Assembly (NCBI GenBank): GCA_030599585.1
Contig: JAUVNS010000002.1
Span: forward strand, 1 to 64,000
DNA: 64,000 nt
Direction of reading: 5' to 3'
From: Promethearchaeota archaeon
Lineage (GTDB): Archaea; Asgardarchaeota; Lokiarchaeia; Sigyniarchaeales; SOKP01
In this document: positions 41,067 to 51,324 of the stretch, in pieces
How the letters are laid out: each line of letters starts with the position of its first letter
How positions within the stretch are numbered: position 1 is the stretch's first letter
Notes under the pieces: model-generated
Told to the model about the DNA's origin: nothing
The model's database searches: none
The model's input: the letters and a program-made list of their open reading frames with translations, nothing else
Position numbers and translations under genes: made by a program

Positions 41067-41909
41067 ATGATAACCTGGATAACAACTGTAGGATGGAGTC
41101 CATTTGCGGTTATAAACCCGATATGGGCGTATTGTAAGGAAAATGAGAAAACTCCAGACAAGTTATTTCTTATACACACCGAAAATATGAAGGTATTAAA
41201 AAACGTAGAAACTTGTAAAAAATATCTCAATGAGATTTTACGAGAATATTCCAATAATAATTTTAAAGAAGAAAATTTAATCAGCTACCAGATTGAAAAT
41301 GAGACCTACGAAATATATTCCCTCGCAATGAAAAAAATAATAGACCGGGAGCTTAAGGATGATAAAGCAAAGATAATCTTAGATATGACTCCAGGTAGAA
41401 AATATATGTCAGCAATTAATATGTTTTTCGGTCTAAAAGCATTAAATAATTCAATTCAGGTTCTTTATCTCTATTTAGAAGAAGCTAAATACCAAAAAGT
41501 TCCATATCCATTAACACCAATAATTAAAAATGAACTAGTAGACATCATTGAATCAGCTGAAATATTTTCTAAAGATATTATTATTGATGAGGTGATAGAT
41601 CCAGATGATGAAATTATCAAAAACATTTCTGACATAGATCTTTTGAGAAAGTTTCTGGTTTTAAGGGCTATAGTAAAAGATTTCAATACAATCACGAAGA
41701 TAAAAAAATATTTTTTAGCTAAGAAACAAAGCATTAGAAGCATAGAACTTAGACAAATTCTTAAAGAGTTGCTGGAAGGTAAATATGTAAGTATTACTAA
41801 AGTCCCAAACAAAAAACAAAATTACTTTTTATACAAAAATCTTGAAAAAGCAGATAAATACATAGAAGAAACATTAAATCAGCTTAATATCGGGGAGGAT
41901 GGTGGCTGA
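41067..41909 (+). CDS. CARF-domain protein with C-terminal wHTH-like region
   Basis: N-terminal WITTVGWSP (CARF motif I) and LDMTPGRKYMS (CARF motif II). Confidence 0.8.
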   Translation: MITWITTVGWSPFAVINPIWAYCKENEKTPDKLFLIHTENMKVLKNVETCKKYLNEILREYSNNNFKEENLISYQIENETYEIYSLAMKKIIDRELKDDKAKIILDMTPGRKYMSAINMFFGLKALNNSIQVLYLYLEEAKYQKVPYPLTPIIKNELVDIIESAEIFSKDIIIDEVIDPDDEIIKNISDIDLLRKFLVLRAIVKDFNTITKIKKYFLAKKQSIRSIELRQILKELLEGKYVSITKVPNKKQNYFLYKNLEKADKYIEETLNQLNIGEDGG

Positions 41910-41915
41910 TTAAAT

Positions 41916-43031
41916 TTGATTGATATAAAAACTATTTTAGAAAAATATATTCTATTAGACTCAAACGAATTTGTTATGTTCTTCAATGAACTTTTTTTAG
42001 ACGCTAAACACCACTTAACAATAAAAGATGCGCTCTATGGTTTAGATTTATTTGATATCAAAATTTCGGACCAGATTGAAGTAGAGATACTAATTGATTT
42101 AGATCTGATCAACCAAAACAGAAAAAATATGCCAATTAATACTCAAAATGAGTTTCCAAACAAATCTCGATTTTTTGAGATATTCCTCAAGTCAGGTCTA
42201 TTTTTTAATAAATATTACAGAGGTTCTATTGATCATATTCTACGAGATATGGATCAAGTCAATCCCCTTAATGGAGATCTTCCCATAGCGATATCTTTTG
42301 ATACGAATCTATATTTCAATCATTTTTTTAGTCAGATGTATCCAATGTTACTTGAACGATATGGAGCCCCAAGGTTTCCAATCAAATTTCTCATGTCGGA
42401 AGGCGTTAAAAAAGAACTTACTCGCTATGAAAAGAAGTATAAGCAACATGATATAGATGATTTGAAAAATGTTGTGAAATATCCCTCAATTATACAAGAT
42501 TTCTTTAACCAATCCACATTAACTTCCCGCTTATGGCATTTAGGGCATAGTGACTTTTTAAAATGTATTGATAATGTTAATTATAAACTTGTTGATGAGG
42601 ATACTTCAGTTAACCATAACGATATGGACAATAAAATAATTAATGGGTTATTGAAGGAAATAAAGCAACAAAATATTAAATTGTTTATTTTAAGTCAAGA
42701 TTCTGATTTCATTGCAAGATCAAGAGGAAATAAGAATTTAGTTGCCAAATTTTTGGATAAAATTCCATACTCAAAACTTAAACAACTATACTCAATTAGC
42801 TGGGAGAAATTCGTAAGATTCATTTACACGCTTTCAGTGACTTTTGGAGCAATTATTTTAGAGTTTAAGGAAAAACCAATTATCGTTATACAAGGAATTT
42901 GGCGCGGAAAGAAATTGTTTCATTGGGAAAATGAAACCATGAAGGTTTGTTCTGCCAATAATTTACTTAGTAAGATTGAAAGAGATTTAACCATCTTGAG
43001 AAATATTAAATTAGAGGAGGGGGTAAATTAA
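41916..43031 (+). CDS. PIN-domain ribonuclease
   Basis: ISFDTNLY...GVKKEL...DNKII...ILSQDSDF acidic PIN motifs; TTG start after GGAGG. Confidence 0.7.
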   Translation: MIDIKTILEKYILLDSNEFVMFFNELFLDAKHHLTIKDALYGLDLFDIKISDQIEVEILIDLDLINQNRKNMPINTQNEFPNKSRFFEIFLKSGLFFNKYYRGSIDHILRDMDQVNPLNGDLPIAISFDTNLYFNHFFSQMYPMLLERYGAPRFPIKFLMSEGVKKELTRYEKKYKQHDIDDLKNVVKYPSIIQDFFNQSTLTSRLWHLGHSDFLKCIDNVNYKLVDEDTSVNHNDMDNKIINGLLKEIKQQNIKLFILSQDSDFIARSRGNKNLVAKFLDKIPYSKLKQLYSISWEKFVRFIYTLSVTFGAIILEFKEKPIIVIQGIWRGKKLFHWENETMKVCSANNLLSKIERDLTILRNIKLEEGVN

Positions 43032-43056
43032 TCATGGTAATCTGGAGGTTGATTGC

Positions 43057-45813
43057 GTGAGTAATCTTTACTATGCTAATTTAGATATTCCTAGATATGA
43101 AATTGAAAAAGCTAATGCTTACTACAGGCTCAAAGATTTTATAAATTATTTAAGATTAGCAAAAGAAAATCAAGAGCGTCAAAAACATGCAATTTTTTGG
43201 AAATTCTTGAAACCAGAATCTATAGAGGAAATTATTAAAAAAAGATTTATTTTAAAAACTTCTAGAGAGGAACCTTACGATGAATGGACTTTGAATGAAT
43301 TAGGTGAATACATTGAGAATGATTATGATCTGAATACTAAATTACAATCTGAAATTCAAAAGGAATTTAACCAGATATCAGATGAGGAAAAAATATGGAT
43401 CAAGATTTCTGATAAGAATAGGACAGAGGAAGGATATAAACTAATCCAGAAATTTTTTCAAAATAATTTAATTTATGATTCTCCTGATCTTTTAAAGGAA
43501 AATAGTGTTAGAGTTTTAAGTAAGGATAGAAATTACAATGCATTAATCATTAATCGTAAACCTAAGAGCGAAAAAATTTATGTAAAATATCGAGCTATCC
43601 CCTTAATTCGTCAATTAGATGCACTCCTTAATTTACAGAAAAGACCACTTAAGGCTCATCTGCCTTTATTAAAATTGGTTATGAATAAGTACTTCGCAAG
43701 GTGGGCACCTGTTGATGTAAATACAGCAAACATAATTCAATGGCATCTTCTTAAAGATGATAATCGTAATGGAATAGAGAAACAGAGAGAATTTGTAAAA
43801 ATAGCTCTTAGTACTCCTGATTTTGCAATCTTAGAAGGACCCCCTGGGTCCGGAAAAACCTATACAATCTGTGAGTTAATACTGCAATTAGTAAATCTAA
43901 ATAAGAGAGTTTTGTTATGTGCATCAACGCATGTCGCTGTGGATAATGTCCTTGAGAAAGTTAAAGATAAAAAAGCAGTAATAGCTATAAGAATTGGAAG
44001 AGATAATATATCTGAAAAGGTTAGAGAATGTCAAATAGATGAAATTGAAAAGTATGAGAGTAAAAGGATAAGGAAGAATCTACTGATAAGGAAAAAAAAA
44101 GGAGCCATCACAGATAGTCAAAATTACTTATTAGAATGTTTACAATCAAATAAATCTAATATAATACGAGACACATTTCTTGATGCAGCAAATCTAATTT
44201 GTGGTACGAACATTGGAATTCTTAATCATCCAAAAATAAAACTTAATTTAAAAAATACTGTAGCAAATATCGATTACGACTATTTAATACTAGACGAGGC
44301 TAGTAAGACTACATTTCAAGAGTTCCTAGTCCCAGGGATGCTCGCTAAAAAATGGATCATTGTTGGTGATTTTAAGCAATTATCTCCTTATGTAGACGCT
44401 GAGGATTTGGAAGGTAATTTAATAGGTTTATTGAACCCTAAGGAAGAGATAGTATGTACTGATATTTTCGAAAGCTTCCTTAATTCTTCCAAATCTAAGA
44501 AAAATGTTAATTATTGGATGAACAGTTTAATAATAGAAAACGATGATAAAATAAGAAAATTGTATGAAAAACAAGCTAAAGCACTAGGTTTAGATTACAT
44601 TAGAATTGAAGATGAAAAATATAATAAATTTGAATTGTTAGGCTCTCAAATAATAATTACATCTGAATCATTAGTAAAAACAATAGAACATGATTTACCT
44701 GTTAATATACATCATATACGCGGAGATTTTCAATTAACTAATTTTAAAAGAAGAAGAGAGTTTTGGAAGAAGCATTGCAATCCAAAAATTTATGAAGATG
44801 ATAATGAGAATAATATACTAGAAAAAGAAAAATGGCCTCATCAAGTTGCATGGAGATTAATAAGAGCTAATGAGACGAGAATTACTAAAGAGAATCATGA
44901 ATACTATTTGAATCAATTGAAAGGACTGTATCCTAATTTTCAATTGTTAAATTCATCCAAAGATGAAGATATTGAAATTGAAAAAGATGTTGAAATTGAC
45001 ATTAATGAAAAACTTAAAGAAAAAATTGATTTAATTAGCACTATAGGATTACCATCAATTATTGAATCTCTCCAAAATGGAATAAAATCAAGTGTAAAAA
45101 GTAAATATCCATACATCCTTTCTGAAGGTTTTGATAAAGAAGTTCTTAACACAAGGCATGTATTACTTAACTACCAATATAGAATGCATCCAGAGATCTC
45201 AGAATTCCCCAGAAAATATGTGTACAATAATGATGCTCTCAAAGATTATCCAGGAACGAATAGAGAATGGAATTTTCCAAGATATGAAAATAAACGCATT
45301 GTATGGGTAAATACGTTGGGAAGTAAAGACTCTGAACTGAACATGAACCGTTCAGAAGTAGAGAATATTATTTTTGAACTAAAAGAATTTATGAAATGGT
45401 CGGAAAGAGGGGGAAGATATAAAACATGGGAAGTAGCAATTTTAACTTTCTATCGTGCTCAAGAAAGGCTGATTAGACGAGAATTACAAAAATTTTTCGC
45501 AACAAAAAGTAGAAGGTTTTTCAATTCAACGAAAATGAATGTTGCGGTTGAGTTATGTGTCGTTGATCGGTTCCAAGGACATGAAGCTGATGTTATTTTC
45601 TTATCTTTTGTTCAAACCCAAAAAGAAGGTTTTTTAAATAGTGTGAATAGATTAAATGTTGCCTTGACCAGAGCTAAATATCAATTAGTCATTTTTGGTT
45701 CTCATAAGTTTTTTATAAAAACAAAATCAGAAATTTTAAGAAATCTTGCTGAATTTTGTATGAAGAATATAATTATACCTTTTAGAGGAGGGAAAAAAAT
45801 TGGATACAATTAA
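43057..45813 (+). CDS. SF1B UPF1/DNA2-like helicase (AAA_11/AAA_12)
   Basis: EGPPGSGKT, STHVAVDN, DEAS, GDFKQL, QYRMHPEI, VDRFQGHEAD, RLNVALTRAK. Confidence 0.9.
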   Translation: MSNLYYANLDIPRYEIEKANAYYRLKDFINYLRLAKENQERQKHAIFWKFLKPESIEEIIKKRFILKTSREEPYDEWTLNELGEYIENDYDLNTKLQSEIQKEFNQISDEEKIWIKISDKNRTEEGYKLIQKFFQNNLIYDSPDLLKENSVRVLSKDRNYNALIINRKPKSEKIYVKYRAIPLIRQLDALLNLQKRPLKAHLPLLKLVMNKYFARWAPVDVNTANIIQWHLLKDDNRNGIEKQREFVKIALSTPDFAILEGPPGSGKTYTICELILQLVNLNKRVLLCASTHVAVDNVLEKVKDKKAVIAIRIGRDNISEKVRECQIDEIEKYESKRIRKNLLIRKKKGAITDSQNYLLECLQSNKSNIIRDTFLDAANLICGTNIGILNHPKIKLNLKNTVANIDYDYLILDEASKTTFQEFLVPGMLAKKWIIVGDFKQLSPYVDAEDLEGNLIGLLNPKEEIVCTDIFESFLNSSKSKKNVNYWMNSLIIENDDKIRKLYEKQAKALGLDYIRIEDEKYNKFELLGSQIIITSESLVKTIEHDLPVNIHHIRGDFQLTNFKRRREFWKKHCNPKIYEDDNENNILEKEKWPHQVAWRLIRANETRITKENHEYYLNQLKGLYPNFQLLNSSKDEDIEIEKDVEIDINEKLKEKIDLISTIGLPSIIESLQNGIKSSVKSKYPYILSEGFDKEVLNTRHVLLNYQYRMHPEISEFPRKYVYNNDALKDYPGTNREWNFPRYENKRIVWVNTLGSKDSELNMNRSEVENIIFELKEFMKWSERGGRYKTWEVAILTFYRAQERLIRRELQKFFATKSRRFFNSTKMNVAVELCVVDRFQGHEADVIFLSFVQTQKEGFLNSVNRLNVALTRAKYQLVIFGSHKFFIKTKSEILRNLAEFCMKNIIIPFRGGKKIGYN

Positions 45814-46900
45814 ACTTAAAAGAAAAGTGGAAATTCAAAGATTTAGAGCTATAATTGATTTAGGAAGGCAAAGAGAAAAAGAAGTCTATATAGCAATATT
45901 AAAACTGGCACAAGAAAATGAGGGGATAATTACACCAGAATTAATAATTGAGAGTTTCTTCGAGGGAAGACCCATAGATTTTGCAATTAGAATTATTCAA
46001 AATTGTAAAATAGATGGTTTATTTGATGATTATGGACATATTTCTGAAGAGGGGAAGGTTGCATTAAGTGAAAATAAGATATTTCTAGGAGAGAATGGAG
46101 CTTATGAATTTTGGACTACTTTAGATCCACTAATTCCCCAATTAATCCTTGACATTAAACTAATTGATGTACGCCAAATGAATAAAAAAGCAAATCGTGG
46201 TTCAGTAGAAGTAATTCCAGATTGGATTAAAAATCTGGAAAATCAAAAAATTAACCTCCTTAACAAGAATAAAGATGTTATAAAAATTTATGAGTTTCTC
46301 CCTCAAATTGAAGTATTAAAAAACTATTTAAATGTTACTGTTCACTTTCATATTACTCCATTAGAAGTATCTGAAGAATCCAAGCTAATGGTTGCTGGAG
46401 ATTTAAGGAAAAATCTAACTCAAATTCCAAAATATTCATTTGAAGAAATTTGGTTTTCTCTATTAGGAATTGAGAAAAATAAATGGGATCCAAATAAATC
46501 TGCATTGCTCTACAATTTTGAAGATGTTAAGGACAATAATTCAAGGATGAGTTTTTCTATCGATAAACAATTTCAAAGACCTGATATTTTAGATTTAGGT
46601 AAGTTTGAGGATGTATCTGTCAGGAATATTCCAATAATACCCGTCAACGAGAAAGAAGCAAATATATGGGCAAATTGGATATTAGAACAAGAGATTAATA
46701 ATTATACATATGAGGAATCATATATAGAAATATGCTACGGTATTGCTTCCAAACCTCAGTTTTCAGATTTTCAGATCGCCTTTCCATCACAAATAGAGCT
46801 TGCTGAAAAATTCATTAGGAGAGAAGATAACGGAGAAATAAAATTTTTAGAGAAATTTTGGTATTTACAAACACCAATAGATTTAAGAATTAAAAATTAG
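45800..46900 (+). CDS. Hypothetical protein coupled to helicase and PLD
   Basis: Overlaps the helicase end by 14 bp; possible N-terminal wHTH (ISEEG). Confidence 0.65.
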   Translation: MDTIKLKRKVEIQRFRAIIDLGRQREKEVYIAILKLAQENEGIITPELIIESFFEGRPIDFAIRIIQNCKIDGLFDDYGHISEEGKVALSENKIFLGENGAYEFWTTLDPLIPQLILDIKLIDVRQMNKKANRGSVEVIPDWIKNLENQKINLLNKNKDVIKIYEFLPQIEVLKNYLNVTVHFHITPLEVSEESKLMVAGDLRKNLTQIPKYSFEEIWFSLLGIEKNKWDPNKSALLYNFEDVKDNNSRMSFSIDKQFQRPDILDLGKFEDVSVRNIPIIPVNEKEANIWANWILEQEINNYTYEESYIEICYGIASKPQFSDFQIAFPSQIELAEKFIRREDNGEIKFLEKFWYLQTPIDLRIKN

Positions 46901-46912
46901 AGGGTTTTTAAA

Positions 46913-48493
46913 ATGTTTGAAATAATTCAGAAGCAGAAGGAAATTGATTTAAGAAGAGAAGAAATTCCTCATTGTTGGATTTATAAAGAATCTAATCAAG
47001 ATTTAGCATTAAATAATTATTTTAAGAATACACAATTATCAGATGACATTTGGTTGAGTGGTCAAGATCGGAAATTGCTTATTCAATTAATAAATTCAAT
47101 CAAAAAGGCAAGGAATATCATATGTTTATCAACATTTATTTTTAGTAGTAAAGAAATCAAGGATGAACTTATAGAAGCAAGTAAAAGAGGTGTGAGAGTT
47201 TATATGATTACTGCATCAAATAAACATTTAAAATCCTTACCTGAAGATGATGATAATTTCAACAAGCATATGTACGTGGAAATGAGCGAATTATTTAATG
47301 AGTTACAAGGAATAGTAAAAATAAGAACATCAGAAAACTTTCATACAAAATTCTTATTAATTGATCCAGGAAGAGATGAGATTTCTGAAGGTTATCTACT
47401 TACATCTAATTTTGATACAAAGGGATTGATCGGTAGGGATATTAAAGGGATTTATCATGTTAATCAAGAAATAGGTATTTTTTTAAATAAAAGAGAGGTT
47501 GAGGATCTTTTTAAGCAATTCTGCTTAGGTTTTTGGGAGTTAAGCAAAGAAGAATCCAAAGTTGATGGTTTTTATCCTTTAAATAGCAATATTCAACAGA
47601 ATTTTACCTTTAATAATCTTCTACTCAATTCTCCTAATCATAAGTCTTTAAAGAATGAAATAATTAATATTATTTCAAGTACCAGAGGTAAAATATTTAT
47701 CAGTACTTATGGTATTACGGACGATAATGAGATCTATAATTTAATTTTAAATGAACTTGTTGAGAAAAAAAGAGAAGTGTTCATTTTAACTCGACCCCGA
47801 GTAACTAAAATGGAAAGTTTAATTAAGTTATCACAAAATGGAGCAAAAATTTACGGACACTACGATATTCACGCTAAACTCGTAATTGTTGAAAATATAA
47901 ATAATCCACAAGGCATAGTTATGACAGCTAATATTGATAATATTAGTTTTGAAAATAGTTTTGAAACAGGAAAAATCTTAGATCCAGTTCAAGCAAGAAC
48001 ACTTTTAAATGTAATTTATACTTGGATTAATTATTTCCCATTGGAATTAATGTGTAATATTGAGAGAGGAAAATTGGATAGATATGCTCTAGTTTGGAAT
48101 AGATTAACAAAAACATTGGATCGTAAAAAAGTAATATTTGAAAAGATTGAAGAATTAAAACCAGAGTATGCAAGTTCTATCTTACATTACAGAAATTATG
48201 AAATTTCAAATAAAAAATTAGATTTTGTTGAAAGTAATTCTGAAATCGTTCAAAAAATGGTCTTTAAATACAAAGTAAAACCCCCAATCAAACCAGTTAA
48301 TGCAAAAACATATTTGGAAGAAGCGGACAAAGAAAAATCAAAATCAAAGAAAAATAAGAAAAATTTTCAATTCTTTCTTCTAAACAATCAAAGTTATATT
48401 GTAGTTAAAAATGACGATGAGTTAAAAGAAGCAATAAAAATCACAGAAAAATCAAATGTAAAAATAGTAACTCTCGAGAAATATCTCTTTTAG
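46913..48493 (+). CDS. Phospholipase D-family nuclease with two HKD-type motifs
   Basis: HTKFLLID...TSN and HAKLVIVE...TAN. Confidence 0.85.
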   Translation: MFEIIQKQKEIDLRREEIPHCWIYKESNQDLALNNYFKNTQLSDDIWLSGQDRKLLIQLINSIKKARNIICLSTFIFSSKEIKDELIEASKRGVRVYMITASNKHLKSLPEDDDNFNKHMYVEMSELFNELQGIVKIRTSENFHTKFLLIDPGRDEISEGYLLTSNFDTKGLIGRDIKGIYHVNQEIGIFLNKREVEDLFKQFCLGFWELSKEESKVDGFYPLNSNIQQNFTFNNLLLNSPNHKSLKNEIINIISSTRGKIFISTYGITDDNEIYNLILNELVEKKREVFILTRPRVTKMESLIKLSQNGAKIYGHYDIHAKLVIVENINNPQGIVMTANIDNISFENSFETGKILDPVQARTLLNVIYTWINYFPLELMCNIERGKLDRYALVWNRLTKTLDRKKVIFEKIEELKPEYASSILHYRNYEISNKKLDFVESNSEIVQKMVFKYKVKPPIKPVNAKTYLEEADKEKSKSKKNKKNFQFFLLNNQSYIVVKNDDELKEAIKITEKSNVKIVTLEKYLF

Positions 48494-48545
48494 TATCATG
48501 AGTAGTATTTCCAAAATTATTTTGGTAATTTCTCTTTCACTTAAA

Positions 48546-48842
48546 TTATTCGTTTTCTTTTTTATTGCTGTGCGTTTCTATACTGTAATACCAGTGTTTC
48601 ATATGGTATGGCATGTATATCAGATCACATATCTTAGCAGCAGCGAGAGCTTTTGCAAATCTTTTTTTTGTAGTTTCATTGCCCCTTGCGTAAAACTCAT
48701 TAATTGGAAAAATCTCATTAGCCTTTACCCAAATTTCAAAACAAAAGCTTGAATTGATTGTTGGAACTTCTTTATACTTAATAGACACAATAAGTCTTTT
48801 TTTTTGTAGTTCATCTAAAGTATTTATTGGATTATTTAACCC
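48546..48842 (-). CDS. dsRNA-binding-motif (dsRBD)-like reading frame, probable frameshifted 3' half of 48836-49360
   Basis: The frame is open from 48842: GLNNPINTLDELQKK..IKYKEV..FCFEIWVK..FYARGN.TTKKRFAKALAAAKICDLI, matching the alpha-beta-beta-beta-alpha and KKxAKxxAA pattern. Confidence 0.55.
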   Translation of the reverse strand, partial: GLNNPINTLDELQKKRLIVSIKYKEVPTINSSFCFEIWVKANEIFPINEFYARGNETTKKRFAKALAAAKICDLIYMPYHMKHWYYSIETHSNKKENE

Positions 48843-49360
48843 TTACCTATATCTTTATATCTTACTTGAAAGTTATCTCGTATATCGATTTCATTGGGAT
48901 CACTTATGTCAGTGAAAAATTTGTAGTATTTCATCTCATCATCTTCGATTTCAAATTTCCAAAAACTCATTTCATCTGTTGTGTAGTCCCAACTTTCAGA
49001 ATTAACAGCCAAGCCTGTGATAGATTTAATATCAGAGTTTATTTTTTTGAAGGCTTTCATATAATCTATCACTTGCTTTCTCAATTCTGTAGGATCTTTT
49101 TTTTTACATTCTACAATTAAAAATTTTCCTAAACCATCAGTAAAAACTAAATCTCCTTTTCCTTTGTCTGTTCGGCCTTGTACAACTTCCCATTCATAAT
49201 CGTAAGCATATTTATACTCTCTGAATTGAGGCATTTTCTCTGCAAGATGATTGATAACCTCTTTGACAATTAAAAATTCAGGATTTTTATCCCAATTTCT
49301 ATTAATAATGTAAGAGCGAATAGTATTATCCCTATGTTTTAAAATCTTTTTATTTCTCAT
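48836..49360 (-). CDS. PD-(D/E)XK nuclease domain protein
   Basis: YEW...GKGDLVFTD..KFLIVECKK...KQ..Y. Confidence 0.7.
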   Translation of the reverse strand: MRNKKILKHRDNTIRSYIINRNWDKNPEFLIVKEVINHLAEKMPQFREYKYAYDYEWEVVQGRTDKGKGDLVFTDGLGKFLIVECKKKDPTELRKQVIDYMKAFKKINSDIKSITGLAVNSESWDYTTDEMSFWKFEIEDDEMKYYKFFTDISDPNEIDIRDNFQVRYKDIGKG

Positions 49361-49492
49361 ATTCTTCTTTAAGAATTCTTATCATTTATCTATCTATTAA
49401 TTGCTTAATTACATTTATAAGATTCAACTTATCGCCAAATATTTAAGCATAATAAGAACTACGGATTTTGTCTTTGGATAACATAGTTGCAA

Positions 49493-49975
49493 TTATTCTT
49501 TTTCTTTATCCTTTCTCGCTTGAAGATATGATGAGAACCCCAAATGTAATAGTGAAAAGAGCATACGCGCGTGTTTTTTTCTAGCCTTAGGGTCTTCGTT
49601 AAGGTAATAGATTTCCTTAGCAAACTTGGTTATTTCATCTCGATAGTAGTCTACATACGCTCTACAGTGTTTTTCGAACTCTTCACCATCAAAATCAACA
49701 ATAAATTTTGGTCTTACTTTGTCTGTAGCTCCTATTTCGGATTTTACCTTATCGGTTGCTTTTTTTGATTGATGTAAGATGTCATCAACAGCATATACAT
49801 CGTCTTTTTCTGGTTTTTTGTTATACTGAACTAATTTTCTCCCATAAGGACACATTAACTTACAATAAGAGCAGTAAGTTATTTGTTCATCAAAATCCAA
49901 GGAATCCCAGGCCTTATCTGGAATTTTTTGACACGCATAAGGAAAATTATTGGCTTTTTTTAGTATGTCTTTCAT
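49493..49975 (-). CDS. Hypothetical protein with Cys cluster (C..CSYCKLMCP)
   Basis: Start reassigned to the ATG at 49975, preceded by GGCGGAGGT; this removes the overlap with RNase HI. Confidence 0.65.
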   Translation of the reverse strand: MKDILKKANNFPYACQKIPDKAWDSLDFDEQITYCSYCKLMCPYGRKLVQYNKKPEKDDVYAVDDILHQSKKATDKVKSEIGATDKVRPKFIVDFDGEEFEKHCRAYVDYYRDEITKFAKEIYYLNEDPKARKKHARMLFSLLHLGFSSYLQARKDKEKE

Positions 49976-50000
49976 ATAATTACCTCCGCCTTGATTATTT

Positions 50001-50441
50001 TTAATTTTTAAATCCTTCAGCATCCAATCGGTCATTACACAATTTATCGCATTTTTGGATGTAGGGATTATTCCTTCCCACATGAAAAAACTCCACCTTT
50101 TCGTATTTCTCGCACAGCTTATAGACCTCGCTGCACATTTTCGATAAGTGTGGATAGTTGATTTTCCATTTCTTATTGATTTGCTGGACTGCTAAGTTGC
50201 TATCAGAATACACTTGAATGTGCCCTCGTGAGAATTTTTCAGCAACTTTTAAAGCGTTAATTATAGCTTGATATTCGGCAGTATTGTTTGTCGCAGTTCC
50301 AATAAAAACACACTCATCGCGGATAATTTTATCATTATGAAGGAATAGAAAAGCGCTAGCAGCGGGTCCGGGATTGCCGCGTGAGGCACCATCCACATAA
50401 ATTTTAAGTTTATCTCCTTTTTTAACGGGACTGTTGTTCAT
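50001..50441 (-). CDS. rnhA: Ribonuclease HI family protein
   Basis: YVDGASRGNPGPA, TNNTAEY, YSDSNL, CDKL. Confidence 0.9.
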   Translation of the reverse strand: MNNSPVKKGDKLKIYVDGASRGNPGPAASAFLFLHNDKIIRDECVFIGTATNNTAEYQAIINALKVAEKFSRGHIQVYSDSNLAVQQINKKWKINYPHLSKMCSEVYKLCEKYEKVEFFHVGRNNPYIQKCDKLCNDRLDAEGFKN

Positions 50442-50568
50442 AATAAAGATGAGTGAATTTTTTAATTTAAATTTATAACAACCTTCTTTGTTCTTTCCTT
50501 TCTCGACTTGAAATTCTTTAACAATTCCCTATTTATTAGTAATATTTTTATAAAACGAAACAGAAATA

Positions 50569-51189
50569 TTGATTATGGAAAATCCAAATATTAGCACTCC
50601 TGCTAGCGAGGAGAAACTTGAACCAGAGAAGCCAGAATTTAAAAAAAATGATTTTACGATAACATTTGATAATGTAGGGGACGGTTTCGAAATGTTTGTT
50701 CAGAAGTCTGCTGATGCTTTGTTCGGCTTGGGAAAATATATTAAGAATTTATTTACTTCAAGAAAAATAAAAAGGAAGAACGATACAAAAACAGTTAAAC
50801 CTTTTAAAATTCGAAGAAAGACCCCCGCTGAACGGCAATATGAGTTATCAAAGAAAATTTATCGCGAGCATAGGAAGCTGGAGAAGCAATTAGAAAAAAT
50901 CGATGCGTCGCTTACTAAGACACAAGAGCTTGCGGGTCAAATTAAGGAGGATACTTCGAAGATAAAGCTTGATATTGAGGCGGTGAGTGTTATATTGGAG
51001 TATCAAATGGACCGAATCGATGATGTCGAGGATTACATGAAGAACCACCTTGGAAGTGATTGGCTTCAAATCAAAAATCTCTGGTCTGAGTATAAGGAGG
51101 GTGACATGACGAGGGGCGATTTCACAAAAGCCGCATTGAAGAAGTTAGGAAAAAATTTCCTTGGAATATTTGTAAACACCGTTTCTTAA
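50569..51189 (+). CDS. Hypothetical coiled-coil protein
   Basis: 206-aa ORF with a heptad-rich middle. Confidence 0.6.
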   Translation: MIMENPNISTPASEEKLEPEKPEFKKNDFTITFDNVGDGFEMFVQKSADALFGLGKYIKNLFTSRKIKRKNDTKTVKPFKIRRKTPAERQYELSKKIYREHRKLEKQLEKIDASLTKTQELAGQIKEDTSKIKLDIEAVSVILEYQMDRIDDVEDYMKNHLGSDWLQIKNLWSEYKEGDMTRGDFTKAALKKLGKNFLGIFVNTVS

Positions 51190-51324
51190 GTCTTTAATAT
51201 TTCTTCTTTTTTTTTCAAAACAAGAAAACTTCCAAAACATCCAATTTTACAAAAAGGTAAAGACTTAAATGCTCTTTATACCAAACAATGCTTATACTTT
51301 AAATAATAGAGAGTTGGTGAGATT

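Noticed and set aside
40382-43031. CARF genes as evidence of a CRISPR-Cas locus
   Set aside because: No cas genes and no repeat-spacer array seen anywhere in the window.
46913-48493. PLD as the DrmC of the DISARM-like operon, or as cardiolipin synthase
   Set aside because: It is 20 kb away and coupled to a different helicase; it has no TM anchor and sits in a defence context.
49976-50083. N-terminal extension of the 196-aa ORF
   Set aside because: Overlaps rnhA; a better ATG with RBS exists at 49975.
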